DNA of 64,000 nucleotides from Fibrobacterales bacterium (GCA_051532055.1 JAOPTX010000003.1:1-64000); one strand, 5' to 3'; numbered from the stretch's first letter, positions 17,430 through 29,900 are shown. The notes: generated from the letters alone by a model not told the origin. A program made the numbers and translations.

Positions 17430-19460
17430 TTATTTGAATTGAATAATGAGTTGGTTGTTTTGGGTGATTTCTTGTGGTAATGAAAATTCTTTACCCGCTG
17501 ATTGAGAAACATCAAACTCTGCGATACGTTGGCCAAGAAAGGTGTAGATGCTTAATAACTCTGTAGCTTCAGGGATACGAATGGTATTTACTGAGCTGTT
17601 TGTGAGTTGCAGATCATTTATGAGGCTAGAACTATCATCTGATGACTCTTCAAGATCTTGTGATGATTCTTCTGATGAACTTTCACCATCTTCTTCATCG
17701 AGGCTCGATTCTTCATTGTGTGAAGAAGACTCTAGTGATGACGATGGTTCTTCGGAAGAAGAGCTTTCAAGATTTGAAGAAGTCTGTTCTTCAGAAGAGC
17801 TAATATCTTCAGAAGAACTTGATAGTTGTTCGGCTGATTTTTTGTTTAACACCACTGTTTGAAGCGCACTGCCTTCAATAGTACCATCTACAACGGTTCC
17901 ATTTACCCGTATACTATAATCAAATGAATCATCTTTATCATTGAGGATTACGACAGCAAGACTTCCATCTCTATTGAGTACTGTAGTGGCAAGCAGTCCA
18001 TCGCGCCCCTGAATGGTGTGAGGAACTGCACGAGAACCTGGACGAATAAATTTACTAAAGTGGCCCATTGCATAAAAGAGTGGGGTGTAGTAGACATCAT
18101 CATTATCAGTATCTATCATTACGGGGGCAAGACAGAGGTTGTTTACATGGTTTGGTCCACCTGTTTTGTCGAGTACAAAGTTCCAGTCGATCCATCCGAT
18201 GGTCCAATGGTTAAGGTCGACAATTATATCGCGAGCATATCGATAGAATGCGGCAACAAATGGGTGTCGAGGGTTGGCATAAGCAGCTCCCCAGCCGCCT
18301 ACGTGCTTTTCAAAAAACCATGGGTCATTGTTAAAAAAGTTTTTGTCGTTGATAGACACATCATTCGCAATGTTGTCTATAGAGTGCTCGGTGCCAAAGG
18401 TTGGATGGTCGGGAAAGTCGCGATTCATATCTTCAAGTTCATTACCATAATGGTTCTCGGTGTGTGAGTACCAGTGAATGGCTATACCGTCTACATACTC
18501 TCTATTGTTTCCTTTGTTTAGTATCGTGTTTGCCCAATGATGCATCTCATCCTTGTTTTGATCAAAGACATACATTTTTACTTCAGGGTGCTTGTCTTTC
18601 ATCATTGGGCCGAGGCTTTCATCAATAAATGCAGCCATCTCTTCGGCTGTAAATTCCATACTCTCCCACGAACCGTTGTTTCCAACGGGCTCATTTTCGG
18701 GAGTTATTGCCCAGATAGGGATACCTTGCTTTGCATACTCTTCAATATATTTTGATATGAAAAGAGAGTAGGTGTCTCTATGTTCATGTCTGAGTTTTCC
18801 GCCTTTAAAATTGTTATTGTCCTTCATCCATGGGGGGCCAGTCCAAGCAGACGACATAATTCTGATATTGCCATTTGCCTCTTTGAGGGCATCTTGAACA
18901 AGGGGGACCACTGTATTCATTTCTGCCTCTATAGTAAAGTCTCCGAGGTCAAAGCTTTCATTTTCTGAGTATGTGTATGAATGAGGTGAAAAGTCGGAAC
19001 TTGCAATGCAGAGTCTACTCGCGCTATAGCCAATACCCTCTGTTGGGTGAAAGTATTTTTTAATGACTTCGTCTCTTTTTTCTTTACTAATTTGATTGAG
19101 CACATGGGCAGATGCAGGGGTCATTGAACCACCTATCCCTTCGATTTGCTGCCGTTGTTTTGATTGGTCAGTTTCAATAGTAATGATAACTGAATTATTA
19201 CCATCACCATTTGCTACCTCTCCCGAAGCGACTTCGGTTAAGTGGTCGCCACTTTTAGAGGTTTGGTAGGTGACTGAATTGATAGGTTTGAAGGTGTCTC
19301 CAAGAGGGATTTTTCCTTCAAATTGCTCAATACCTGTTGGGGGATTATCTAAAGCGATCAGCGTGTTCGCTTTTAAGGGGGACTGCGCAGATAAGCCCAG
19401 ACTTGTAAGTATGCCAAAGAAGCATACTCTGAAGAGAGTATTTCTCGGTAAATATTTCAT
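17430..19460 (-). CDS. Secreted GH30 glycoside hydrolase with Ser/Glu linker and short C-terminal domain
   Basis: SSDFS, SAW.GPPWMK, ENEP (acid/base), AIHWY, GTE, WIDWN, GGPNHV, GHFSKFIRPG. Confidence 0.9.
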   Translation of the reverse strand: MKYLPRNTLFRVCFFGILTSLGLSAQSPLKANTLIALDNPPTGIEQFEGKIPLGDTFKPINSVTYQTSKSGDHLTEVASGEVANGDGNNSVIITIETDQSKQRQQIEGIGGSMTPASAHVLNQISKEKRDEVIKKYFHPTEGIGYSASRLCIASSDFSPHSYTYSENESFDLGDFTIEAEMNTVVPLVQDALKEANGNIRIMSSAWTGPPWMKDNNNFKGGKLRHEHRDTYSLFISKYIEEYAKQGIPIWAITPENEPVGNNGSWESMEFTAEEMAAFIDESLGPMMKDKHPEVKMYVFDQNKDEMHHWANTILNKGNNREYVDGIAIHWYSHTENHYGNELEDMNRDFPDHPTFGTEHSIDNIANDVSINDKNFFNNDPWFFEKHVGGWGAAYANPRHPFVAAFYRYARDIIVDLNHWTIGWIDWNFVLDKTGGPNHVNNLCLAPVMIDTDNDDVYYTPLFYAMGHFSKFIRPGSRAVPHTIQGRDGLLATTVLNRDGSLAVVILNDKDDSFDYSIRVNGTVVDGTIEGSALQTVVLNKKSAEQLSSSSEDISSSEEQTSSNLESSSSEEPSSSLESSSHNEESSLDEEDGESSSEESSQDLEESSDDSSSLINDLQLTNSSVNTIRIPEATELLSIYTFLGQRIAEFDVSQSAGKEFSLPQEITQNNQLIIQFK

Positions 19461-19854
19461 GGTAATCTCAAATGTTGTTGTGTATCTATAAATTAGCTTA
19501 TTCTATTTATAATCCACAAAGATGAAATGTTACTTAGGGTAAGGTAGGGTGCCCAAGGACTATTCCTCATAAGAAATAATCTATTTCCTAAGCATCTATT
19601 AGCCCTGTAGTATGTTTCTATTCTGTGTGTATCCCCAGTGTAGTATTAACATATATTCTTTTTTAGAAAAAGACATGTAAAATAAAAGTTGTTCTGTCTA
19701 ATAAATAAAAAAACCAATACTTTGGGCTTACTGTATTTAAGTGTTCTTTTTGATGGTTTTTATTGATATTAAGACGCGTCACAGTTATTGTCTGTTTAAT
19801 AGTCAACATGTGTACTGTTAAAAGGTTAGATGTATCTGGTATTATGCCCAGTTA

Positions 19855-19870
19855 TGTGACCTGTATCACA
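19855..19870. promoter_or_regulatory. CRP/FNR-family box TGTGA-N6-TCACA
   Basis: TGTGAcctgtaTCACA in the divergent intergenic region. Confidence 0.65.
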
Positions 19871-19997
19871 CAAAAATAAAAATATTGTAAACTGTTTTTA
19901 ATAATTGTTATGTTGAGATATACAATAAAAATGTCCACGTCTTATTTTGGTTAATGCTTACTAGGTTATGGATATTGTCATTACTGTAGGAGGGAAT

Positions 19998-20645
19998 ATG
20001 ATAAATCAACTTTTTAGTATTATGGATAAATGGAGACAATTTCCTAGTTGGCAATTGGAACGTCGTGCCGACATCTTTTTTTCTCTGTATATTCAAGAGA
20101 TATTAGCAAATCGTGGTATTAATACCATTCGAGGAATTATACCTGAGTTTCCTGTCCGTCATGGTGATATCTATAAAGGGGTGAGGTCTAATCGTTCAAG
20201 TAAAATTGACTTTGTGGTATTTACTGATGTTAAAGTTTTTCTCATTGAGTTACGGACTGATGCCAATCAAAAACAGTATAAGCAAAGTGGTCATCTCAAG
20301 TTGGCAAAAGAGGCTGGCTTAAAGACGCTTCTTGAAGGAGTACGACTTATTTACTCGGCAACTCACTATAGAGAAAAATACAAAATGCTTCTTGATGAAT
20401 TGTGTTCCATTGGATGTATGGATGTGACAGAGGCGGGTCACTATCGTACGAAGCTTTGTAAAAAAGAGTGTGAAGTTCTTTATATCCAGCCATCATTTGA
20501 TGGGGTAGAAGATACCTCGATAATAACCTTTGATGAGATTGCTAATAATCCACATATCAATGGAGAGTTTGGAGAACGCTTTAAACAATCACTCAGAGAA
20601 TGGTCTGGTGAGGAAGTAAATACTTCCGCTACTTCTGTACTTTAA
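19998..20645 (+). CDS. Putative PD-(D/E)xK nuclease-fold protein
   Basis: GGAGG RBS; PEFP...KIDFVVF...FLIELRTD resembles the E...D...ExK arrangement. Confidence 0.55.
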   Translation: MINQLFSIMDKWRQFPSWQLERRADIFFSLYIQEILANRGINTIRGIIPEFPVRHGDIYKGVRSNRSSKIDFVVFTDVKVFLIELRTDANQKQYKQSGHLKLAKEAGLKTLLEGVRLIYSATHYREKYKMLLDELCSIGCMDVTEAGHYRTKLCKKECEVLYIQPSFDGVEDTSIITFDEIANNPHINGEFGERFKQSLREWSGEEVNTSATSVL

Positions 20646-22131
20646 CTTTGATATAAGCTCGTGCTTTTTTACCAGTACTGACATCTTTTGCAATAATAGT
20701 ATAGGTATCAGTTCTTCTGGGCTTAATCCAGATGCTTTGACCAGTCCCTATGCGCTTTCCACGACTGTTATACCAGCGGTAGAGCGTGTTAGGGCTTTCT
20801 ACATTGTAATATTCAAACCCATTATTGTCATCGGTACATCCATGAAAGCGATTTACCCATAGCTTGACTGATCGTCCTCTTTTTATTCGTTTGCCAAGGG
20901 GGCCAGGGCGAACACTTTTGCTCGTTAATGGGAGTTGATGACAGACGTCATACCTATGGGGGGCATTAAATCTGAGCTTGCCGCCATAGTTTCCCCTAAA
21001 GGGTACTATGTACGTCTGATCAAGCTCAACAATTCTGAATGACATGTTATAACGCCAGCTTTTATACTCAACCCAACCGAGCCATTCGTATGTATAGCCA
21101 TTTGAGACGCCAAAGGTGTTTCCTGCACCATTGCCTGGTTGTGCAATGAGAGAAATATTGTGTACAATGGAGTCATTGGGGAGTTCTTGACGAGCAAGAC
21201 CCGTTACTGAACAATCTCTATGGAGAGAATAGCTATGAAGGCGTCCATCGATTTGAGCTATGAAAGTCCCGACAACCCGTTTTTTAAAGGGGACCTTCGA
21301 GTGTTTAAATTGACCGCGCTCACCTCTATTAAAAATAAAGAGGTCGAGTATATTTTCCGATGTTGGTATTTGAAAGGCATTTGAGTTATCGATAGTGAGC
21401 GATTTATTACCGTTAAAACTGCGTTCATCAACTTGACATCCGAGCGTGGTTTTTTTTGTAGAAAGTATTGGGGTAATAGAACGTATCGTTCCATACCACA
21501 AACGGTTTTCAAAAAACTGTGAAAAAGGAATTTTATAACTTTCCTTAAACTCTGCTATATGATACGTTAATGAAAGGGCTTCTCCTTGCGCATCCATAAA
21601 TCCTTCCCAAGTAATGGTAAGATCTTCAATGTCGACATCAGGATCGGGAAGTGCCAAGAGCGATTGATTTCTGAGGAGAGAGCCATCTCCTTGGATTTGA
21701 TTATAGATGCCGGTCACTTCACAGTTATTTAAAACCTCATAGCCATGGAGTGTACCATTTATTTGTGCTATCACGAGAGCAATGGTGTACGGTTGGGATG
21801 CATCAATATCTCGATAATTGTTTATCTCTTTGATTTCGATAATTTGATCTGCGTAAGGAATTTGATAGGAGCGTGCTCCAGCAATAATTTCACTTGAACC
21901 GGCGATAAAATTCTGTTCTGCAACCACACAAGAAAAAGGCGAGCTTATCGTTAAGATTGTATCATTGTTTCGTGCTTCTGATTTTAATAACGGGAGAGAA
22001 TTACGTGAATGAACATCTGTAATTAACACCTCTTCAAAGGAACACTCAGTAATGAAATAGAGGATAAAGAAAGTACAAAGAAGCTTAAATGCTTTCACGT
22101 GTGTACCACTCTCATAAGGAACTGGCGTCAA
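20629..22131 (-). CDS. Hypothetical secreted protein with internal duplication and C-terminal Ig-like domain
   Basis: Long ORF; probable start GTG 22098; repeated IAQI.G.LH.Y....C.VTG. Confidence 0.7.
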   Translation of the reverse strand: MTPVPYESGTHVKAFKLLCTFFILYFITECSFEEVLITDVHSRNSLPLLKSEARNNDTILTISSPFSCVVAEQNFIAGSSEIIAGARSYQIPYADQIIEIKEINNYRDIDASQPYTIALVIAQINGTLHGYEVLNNCEVTGIYNQIQGDGSLLRNQSLLALPDPDVDIEDLTITWEGFMDAQGEALSLTYHIAEFKESYKIPFSQFFENRLWYGTIRSITPILSTKKTTLGCQVDERSFNGNKSLTIDNSNAFQIPTSENILDLFIFNRGERGQFKHSKVPFKKRVVGTFIAQIDGRLHSYSLHRDCSVTGLARQELPNDSIVHNISLIAQPGNGAGNTFGVSNGYTYEWLGWVEYKSWRYNMSFRIVELDQTYIVPFRGNYGGKLRFNAPHRYDVCHQLPLTSKSVRPGPLGKRIKRGRSVKLWVNRFHGCTDDNNGFEYYNVESPNTLYRWYNSRGKRIGTGQSIWIKPRRTDTYTIIAKDVSTGKKARAYIKVKVQK

Positions 22132-22262
22132 AAGTAGAAAAAATGACTAATTAGTCAGTTGATAGAGAGATGTGAACTCTTAGGTAAAGGAGTCTTTACA
22201 TTGGCCCCCTAAAAAAACACTCTTTTGCGCGTAAATGCCTAAAATTTCTGAAGAAGTATTAA

Positions 22263-23114
22263 TTATGCGTACATGACACTTTCAATAACTGGTACCATTG
22301 CTTCGATGGTAGATTGGTCGGTTGAGAGGAGTGACGCTATAGATTCTGCATTTTTTTCCCAGCTATAGGGAGCGGGCAATTGTTTTGATGCATGATAGAG
22401 GTATTCTGAAGCTTGGATAAGGGCAACAATACAGCAGACCTTTGTACGCATTTCTTTGGGTTTAATGGGCATAAAATCATTTTTAAAATCCGTCGAGTGG
22501 TGATGATAAATCGTTTGGCAGAGTTGTATGGGAAAATCCCACCGTTTGGCAAAATAGTATCCTACAACGGCATGATCTAATCGAAAGGTCTCATTTTCAC
22601 TTTTAATAACATCGACTGTTGCGCAGTTGTGGTTGTTGATAAAAAAGGTAAGATACTCTTTAGAATGTTGCTTGAGTAAAGGCGCTCCACAGTTTGAGAG
22701 AAGGGCTCCTGCAAAAGCTTCGTCAGGTGCTATCGTAGTAAATTGTTGTGCAAGTTTAGCTGCAATGAGTGCTACAGACTGAGACTCTTCCCATATGGCA
22801 TCCAGTTCAGGGCTTCTTTGTCCTGGTGATTGTTGAAGGCAAAATGCAAAAATGAGATTACTTAAATTGTTGAGGCCTAGAATCATAACTGCTTGATTAA
22901 TAGATACTATCTCAAATGAAAAACAAAATGCAGCAGAGTTAACCGTTTTTAGAATTGCAACAGCTAGGCCCATATCATTCTGTAGCATCTTTGCTATTTC
23001 TTGAACATCAGGGCTTTTCTTTCTTCGCTCTTTTAAGAAGGCCACGAGTATGTCGGGCTGTGTAGGAATAGGGAGGTTTTCTAGAAGCATTTGTGTAAGT
23101 TTAGTATGATTCAT
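22263..23114 (-). CDS. HDOD domain protein
   Basis: LPIP, D..L...ILKTVNSA, SINQAVMILG, DHAVVG, W.FP, HH. Confidence 0.9.
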   Translation of the reverse strand: MNHTKLTQMLLENLPIPTQPDILVAFLKERRKKSPDVQEIAKMLQNDMGLAVAILKTVNSAAFCFSFEIVSINQAVMILGLNNLSNLIFAFCLQQSPGQRSPELDAIWEESQSVALIAAKLAQQFTTIAPDEAFAGALLSNCGAPLLKQHSKEYLTFFINNHNCATVDVIKSENETFRLDHAVVGYYFAKRWDFPIQLCQTIYHHHSTDFKNDFMPIKPKEMRTKVCCIVALIQASEYLYHASKQLPAPYSWEKNAESIASLLSTDQSTIEAMVPVIESVMYA

Positions 23115-23348
23115 GGTCTACCCGTGGTATAATGTTCGTGCGATGAGCATGCTACTCAAAGAGGTATTATGAGTATATCGTACATGTTTTTAATTGACTA
23201 CAATTTTGGTTCTGAAAACAGCTTAGGTATAAAGAATGTCAAATGGGATTAGAGTTTTATGGGTTTCTAATGGAATTTTATTCTATTAATTAGGCAAGAC
23301 AGAGATTTGTGACTAGGGATATTTAAATTTCTTAGGTATGTTTACGCC

Positions 23349-23852
23349 ATGGATAAGTGTTTACGTTATTTACAGGGATATGGAGCAGAGGTCGTGGCGG
23401 CACTCAAGCCGGCATTTGAGAGTGGCCGTGCTGCAGCTTCACTACAAAAAAAATACACCGACTTTAAAGCGGGCGAGGTCAGTAATGATAAGCTTCTCAA
23501 TGAGTATGTCTCAGAATTTAAAAAACGGTATTTAAAAAGTGCACCGCCCCTCTCTCGTATTTGTTTTGATAAAAAAGTGAGCTTAGAAAAGCAGGCCCTT
23601 GGCATATTTACTATTACTCCCCGTGTTCAGGGTAAAAAACTTAAAGCAAAACATGCGATTCATATTGCTGAACAGTTTAAAAAAGCTCCAGAACCAATAT
23701 TGCGTGCAATTGTCGTTCATGAGCTTGCTCACCTCAAAGAACGTGATCATAGTAAGGCCTTTTATAATCTCTGTACACATATTGAGCCTGAGTATCATGC
23801 TCTTGAGTTTGATATGCGTCTCTGGCTTGCACTCAAAGAGTATGGTCAGTAA
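23349..23852 (+). CDS. YgjP-like HExxH metallo-fold protein
   Basis: VVHELAHLKERDHSKAFYNLC.HIEP.YH. Confidence 0.85.
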   Translation: MDKCLRYLQGYGAEVVAALKPAFESGRAAASLQKKYTDFKAGEVSNDKLLNEYVSEFKKRYLKSAPPLSRICFDKKVSLEKQALGIFTITPRVQGKKLKAKHAIHIAEQFKKAPEPILRAIVVHELAHLKERDHSKAFYNLCTHIEPEYHALEFDMRLWLALKEYGQ

Positions 23853-23930
23853 AGTACCTGAACCATTGGGATTCACTCCTACCTTATTCTGTTGTTTATG
23901 TTCTACAGCTTTTTTTGTGCAATTCACTAG

Positions 23931-26900
23931 CTAATCAGCAATATGCATTGTGTTTCGCACAACCGTGCTTCCTGTAGTAATCTGGTAAATATATATTCCA
24001 CTTTTTAATGGTGTTCCTTTTGCATCGACTGGCTCCCATCTAATGCTTTCAGCAAAAGGGTAGGTGTCCTCGAAAATAAGATTACCATTTGCAGTATATA
24101 CTTTTAACGTGATGGTGGACCCAGTACGAGGTATTTGAAGTAATTGTATTGTCGTATGGGTTTTGAAAGGATTTGGAAAATTATACACCGATGGACCTTT
24201 GAGAAGGTGAGTTATAGCGTAGTCATTTTCACTTACAATAAGGGTATAGTTTTTGGTGCCGTTTAGAATTATTTCGGTATCAGGATTTTCGAGTAATGTA
24301 TGAGAGCCGCCTTCTACGAGATGGAAAGTGTACCCTAATTGCTGGATATCCTTTAGATTATTAAGAGTGAATAGTGCACGTAATGGATCTTTTATTGTCG
24401 TTCCCACAGTGATGTTCCATGTTGCATACTCTTCTATTTTCGATTTGTAGTCTGTTCTAAATAAAAGATTATTCTGTACAAAGGAAAGATACACTGCATC
24501 GCCTAGTGCAGTAGGCAGCTCTCTTTTGTCAAATGCATCAATATCATTGGTAGCGTAAGGTTTTATACCAATGGCATTGTAAGCGTCATGTAGGTCAGTA
24601 TTGAGAGCTTTTAAATTAATGGTTATGTCCCAATCTCCTTTTGTGGGAGTAGCATGTTTAAAAAGAGTGTTTGAAGTAATATGTTCAGTATCATCCCATG
24701 CGACGACTCTCTCAATATCTATAGCTTCATCCCTAGAGACTGTTGTCCAGTAACCCTCTCCTGGAATAAGATAATTGACAAGGTTATAGTTACTCCCATT
24801 CCATTTGAAAAATTCGCGACTACCAAATGCTTCGGTATCAAGATTGAATCCATAGGGGTTGGAAACTTGATTCCAACCATCGTCACCTTTTGTAATATCA
24901 ACAGAGACCAACGATGTATCAAATGCTAACGATAGTGTTAAGGTAGAATCAGATTTGATCCATGCACTTTGACCAGGCAAAACTTCATCGATATTTTCTT
25001 TAGAAAGATAACGATCATAAAGGAGGTCACGAAATGCAGCATCGTACCACCAGAATAAAGAAACAGTATTGTCAAGCTGAGATGTCTGATAGGGGCGTGA
25101 GCCAAATGAAACCATTTGCCAGGTTTGTGCGGGGACTATTATGGTGCGGGGAGCAGTCAAAGAAATATCATTAGTAATAGAAAAGGATTGAATAAATGTA
25201 GAGTCGGCATCAATAAGGGATGTTATAAATGCGCTGACTCTGAAAGAGTCTCCTGACAATCCGAATTTATCTATAGATGACTTATGGAAATCTAAAACGG
25301 TATCAGCTATAGCTGTTTTCAAGTTTACAACGATATAAGCAAATCGTGCATTTTCAACATCTTTAACGGAGGAGCTTAAAAATTGAATCCTATAGGCGGT
25401 TCCTGTTGACTTGATGCTCAAGTCTAAAGATGCGTATGCAGATCCAGGTATCGTTGTCGTTGCTGAATATAATGTACCACTGTTGCGCACGACATTATAA
25501 TACGTGTCAGCTTCTAAATACACTCTATCTCCTGTGGTATACTCTTCGTATTGTGCTGTATATGCATTGAATGAAAAACTGCTGGTTGATGTATTAACCT
25601 TCCATAAATCACCCATAATGAAATAGGTGACTCCGTCAAATTTTTTCAAGTCAACTTCTGGAGCTGAAAGATCAAAGGTGCTATCTGTTGCTGGGGGAGA
25701 TAAGCTGTCATCAGGTGGTATATACGTGGAGTCATCAGGTAGTGTTACCTTTCCGAGGTCTACTGTAAAAGTAAGATCTGGATTTATTACATTTTCTGTA
25801 TTGGTGAGTACTCCATGGTGTAGGTAGATGACCATCTCATTTTCAAGGACGGCATTATAATAGGTTCTCCAGTATTCCGCTTCGTCACTGTGGTCTGTAT
25901 TGAGTTGAATAAACAACGTACTGTCTGATGGATAAAAAGTAAAATCATCTTCATTGGTGCGTAGATACATTGTGTTCGATTGCATGTCGAGGGGAGGGCC
26001 GTCAGAGGTAAGCATTGAGTCCCTCACACCAAATATGAGGAAGAGAGAGGTGGTTGTAAAATCGAGATCTATTTGTACTGATTGATAGGAGGAAAGTCCG
26101 GTTGACAAAGTAAGTTTTAGCAGTTTCTCCTCTATGTCAAAAGTTGCAGCTGTTACCCAGTTGGACCCATAACTGACGCCATAGGTGAGAGGTATTGTGT
26201 ATTCAAATGTTGATTCTTGAAGGAACTGATTGTTTGTTCCTCTGAGAAGGCCATTATCAAGATGGATGATGAGATTGTTTTTATATTGAAAAGATTGGAG
26301 AGACTGATGTTCTTGTTCGTTAATAAAAACAGTTAATTGTTGAACGTTCTCATTACAATCGCCGCAGTCTTCATCACCAAAAAAGAACTTCTGCAGGAGT
26401 ATATCAACGCTCTCTCTATCTGATATATCAAGCCCGTGCTCTTTAATCTTAATGAGGCTTCCTGGTATGAGGCTTGAAGGGTCGAGGTTGCCATCAAATG
26501 TTAATTGGAGTTTATGCTCGAATGGTTCATACTGAGCTGCGTAAAGTTGCAATGTTGCCCCTTGTTCAAGATCGACCGGTGCTGCTCTGTTTGTATTCAC
26601 AGTGTTTGTCGAAAGGCCTCTAAAGAGCGGGGCATTAATTTCGGCTAAAAATACATTTGATTGTAGATACATTTTTTTAATGAGAGTCGCTTCACTTGCA
26701 GTAAGAGCGAACTGAATTGAGTTGCTATTGAGTTGTGTTTGACTGTCAACATCAAAAGCCATTTCTTGAAGGAGCTCTGGTGCAGGATCATCACTCGATT
26801 CATAGCGGTAGGCTATTAAATGAATCGCACCTGACTGTACAAATTCTATCTGCTCATTAAATTCAAAGAGTATACTACTATTAAAAAGGTTGTGTTCGAA

Positions 26901-29900
26901 AACGGCACGTTGCAAACAAAAAGCATTACAGGGTTCAAAATAGGAGTCATCTTCATTTGCGACTTCTATGGCGACCTGATGAGATCCCACATTGGTATTG
27001 TTGATGTCATAGGTTTGTATCAGTAAATCAGCGAACCCCCACTGACCTTCGTCAGGAGTTACGTAGATCACCCACTGTCCATTGCCCATATTAACCCATC
27101 GCAGTCCAGAGTTTGTTATGACGTTTATTTCACCGCTCTCAACAGTAAGGGTAAGATCAGGATGTATAGACACTCTAATGGTGCGCATCTCGTTTTGCCC
27201 TATAATAGGTGCAAAATCTTCCACGATAAATGTATGAAGCGGTGGCTTAACATAAAAATTAAGGACAGTGGTAGAGAGGATACCACCATAACCGTCTGTA
27301 GCATCAATAGCTATATGTACAGGTCCCCATTCTTCAAGGGTTGGTGTTACATTGAGACTCCATACTCCACCTCCCATATTGTTCAAAATGAGTGAAGAAG
27401 GGCTTAGACCTGTGGTAAGTCCCCAGTCTATAGCGAGGGGGAAGCCAACGGCTGTTGTGATTCCTATGGTGGTTATATTTTCGTAATTGACACTATCAGA
27501 ATAGGCACCAATTGAGAGAGTGACCGTAGGAAGATAGATTTGAAGGAAGATTGTTGTAGAGTGCATTAATCCAAATGTTTCATGGATTAGATTAAGGGTG
27601 ATACTTTCTGAACCAGTGAGTCCATTTGATGATACTGCAACCGACCATGTGTTATAGGTGGCTTTAGTGACGGATATATTTTCAGGAGCAATGAGTCCAC
27701 TACTGACATTTGCAGTAACAGTCATCCCTTCAATGGTGTATTTTGATGTTACTGTTGCTATAAGAGTTGTCGTTGAATGAGTCGTGACCGTTGCGGTGCT
27801 CGGTGCTAGGAGCGCATAGTGAGCAGAATTCCCAGGGTTATATATATCAACAAAACTGGTCATGGTATCCATATATTCATAGGACATGTTGTATGCATCA
27901 ATTTGGAGGCTACATTGACCGATTGCTCCCGAAAGAGTATAGGGGAAGTAATAGAGAGGCCCTGGTGATAGAGAACTGTCGATGGGAGAAATGAGTGTTG
28001 GATTGGTGGAAGTGGCATATACTTCTATATCGGTTTGGTAATATTCATCATAGGCAAAATAGGCTATTGAGTCACCTGTTTGAGTATAAGGGATCTGGAT
28101 AAAGGTCGGCCCAATGATTTCGAACGGTGGAGGGTATTGCTCCCATAGTTTTACATCAAAAAGGGTTTCAGGTAATTGTTGCCCAGTGATAAGTGACTGA
28201 GCAAATCCAGAATAGGTACGGAATACCAGGTATTTACCAGCGGCAATCCATGATTCTATCATGGATTTTTGGGTAGGGGTGACAGAGAGTCTTAAGATAG
28301 CTGCACTGTCGTTTAAAAACTGATTATTAAGACTATCAAATGAGAACTCTGTATACAGGCTATTGAGAAAAGGATCATTATATACCTTAAGAGAAAATGT
28401 ATTAGGGTTACCAAGAGATACATGGTGAAGCATCTCTATGGAGAGATACTCTTTTTGAGTAATTGAGTCCACCATGATCTGTACTGCTTTGGGGGTAAAT
28501 GGGGCTTGAGGGTAATCCCCTAGGGATGGTGAAAAACTATAGGTAGTACTGCTCCCATCAATAGGGCTTTGGATGGTTATATTGATGCTGACGGTGTCCA
28601 TATTTGGTCCGGTATAGAACTCCATAAGCCAATGTGTTCCGGTCCAATGGAAGGTGAGGTTCCCGTTACTTATAGCGCTCTCATTGCCCGATACCCCTGT
28701 AACGATATAGTGAGAAGGATCATGTACCGTGTGCATTAGTGCAATGTCAAAAAAGTAGTGACTGTTTGTGTCAAGTGAATATTTAGGGTCTACTATCATC
28801 ATTTGTACATAATCATCGCGTATGGTTAAGGGGATGTTTTGCAGTGTTACAAGGTCTCCAGATACCGAATCTCGATATTGCCCGTATCCAATATGGATAG
28901 AGAGCTGCCAATCTCTTGCAAGCCAATTAAAGAGGGTATCAGTAAGTATCCCATCCCACCAAATAGCTGTAGAGTCACCGGTGGTTGTATATATATAGTG
29001 AGATGATATATCAACATGGCTTTGATAGACTCCCGATGGGTCAAGGGCTATAATGTTGAGCCCTGGCATACTATCGTAAATAACAGGGTCTGACCAGAAG
29101 AGTGAGAGGTTTGAGGTGTAATTAGAGAGTACTGCTGAGTCGAGTGTCGGCGAGGCGGGGGCGGTTTGGTGAATGATAAAATTATCAGTGGCAACAATTG
29201 TTGCATTAGGATCGGTATTCATAAGGTTTACAAAGGTATTGGGATTTACTTCCAGTCGCCATGCTGTTGAATCGAGCCCAGGCGTAAGCGGAGGGAGTTG
29301 CAGTACGGCCATTGTCGAATCACCTATATAGAGGAGTCGGTCGAGTACTGTGTAAAAGCTAAAGACCGAACTGTTATTGGTTACGGTAATGGTATGAGTA
29401 TTGTCTATGTAAGCCGGGTCAATTTTCTCATGGAAATAGAGGATAAGCAGTGAATCATCAGGGTTAATTTCTGCTTTAGAAATAAAGTAGGGAGAGCCCA
29501 CTACTTGAACAGGAACAATTGCTGGTTGTAGACTTTCTCCACTCGATTGCATTATGAAGTCAGTTTCCAAATAGCGTAATTGAAGGTTGCTTCCATGGTG
29601 CATATAGTCAGGCATAGTGGGTCCATAGGTGGATAGATCAATGATAGTAGAATCGAATCCCGAAGAAGGATTACCCACCCAGCTATGAATTATAAGGGAG
29701 TCATTAGGAAAACCTTCTCTACTAAAGGTAAAGGTCAATGAGTCTTGCATCATGCTTGCTAAAGCCTCACTAAACCATAATGTAAGTTCATTGTTGGTAT
29801 AGTTCCATAGCGCGGTTGCTTTGTCGAATAGAAAAAAGGACTGAGTAATAATAGTGGGGGTACTGGAAGGGGAGGTCGTTTCTATGCGATACTCATTGAG

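Noticed and set aside
22263..23114. Degenerate HD motif (LLSNCG) in the HDOD protein
   Set aside because: HDOD domains often lack catalytic HD residues
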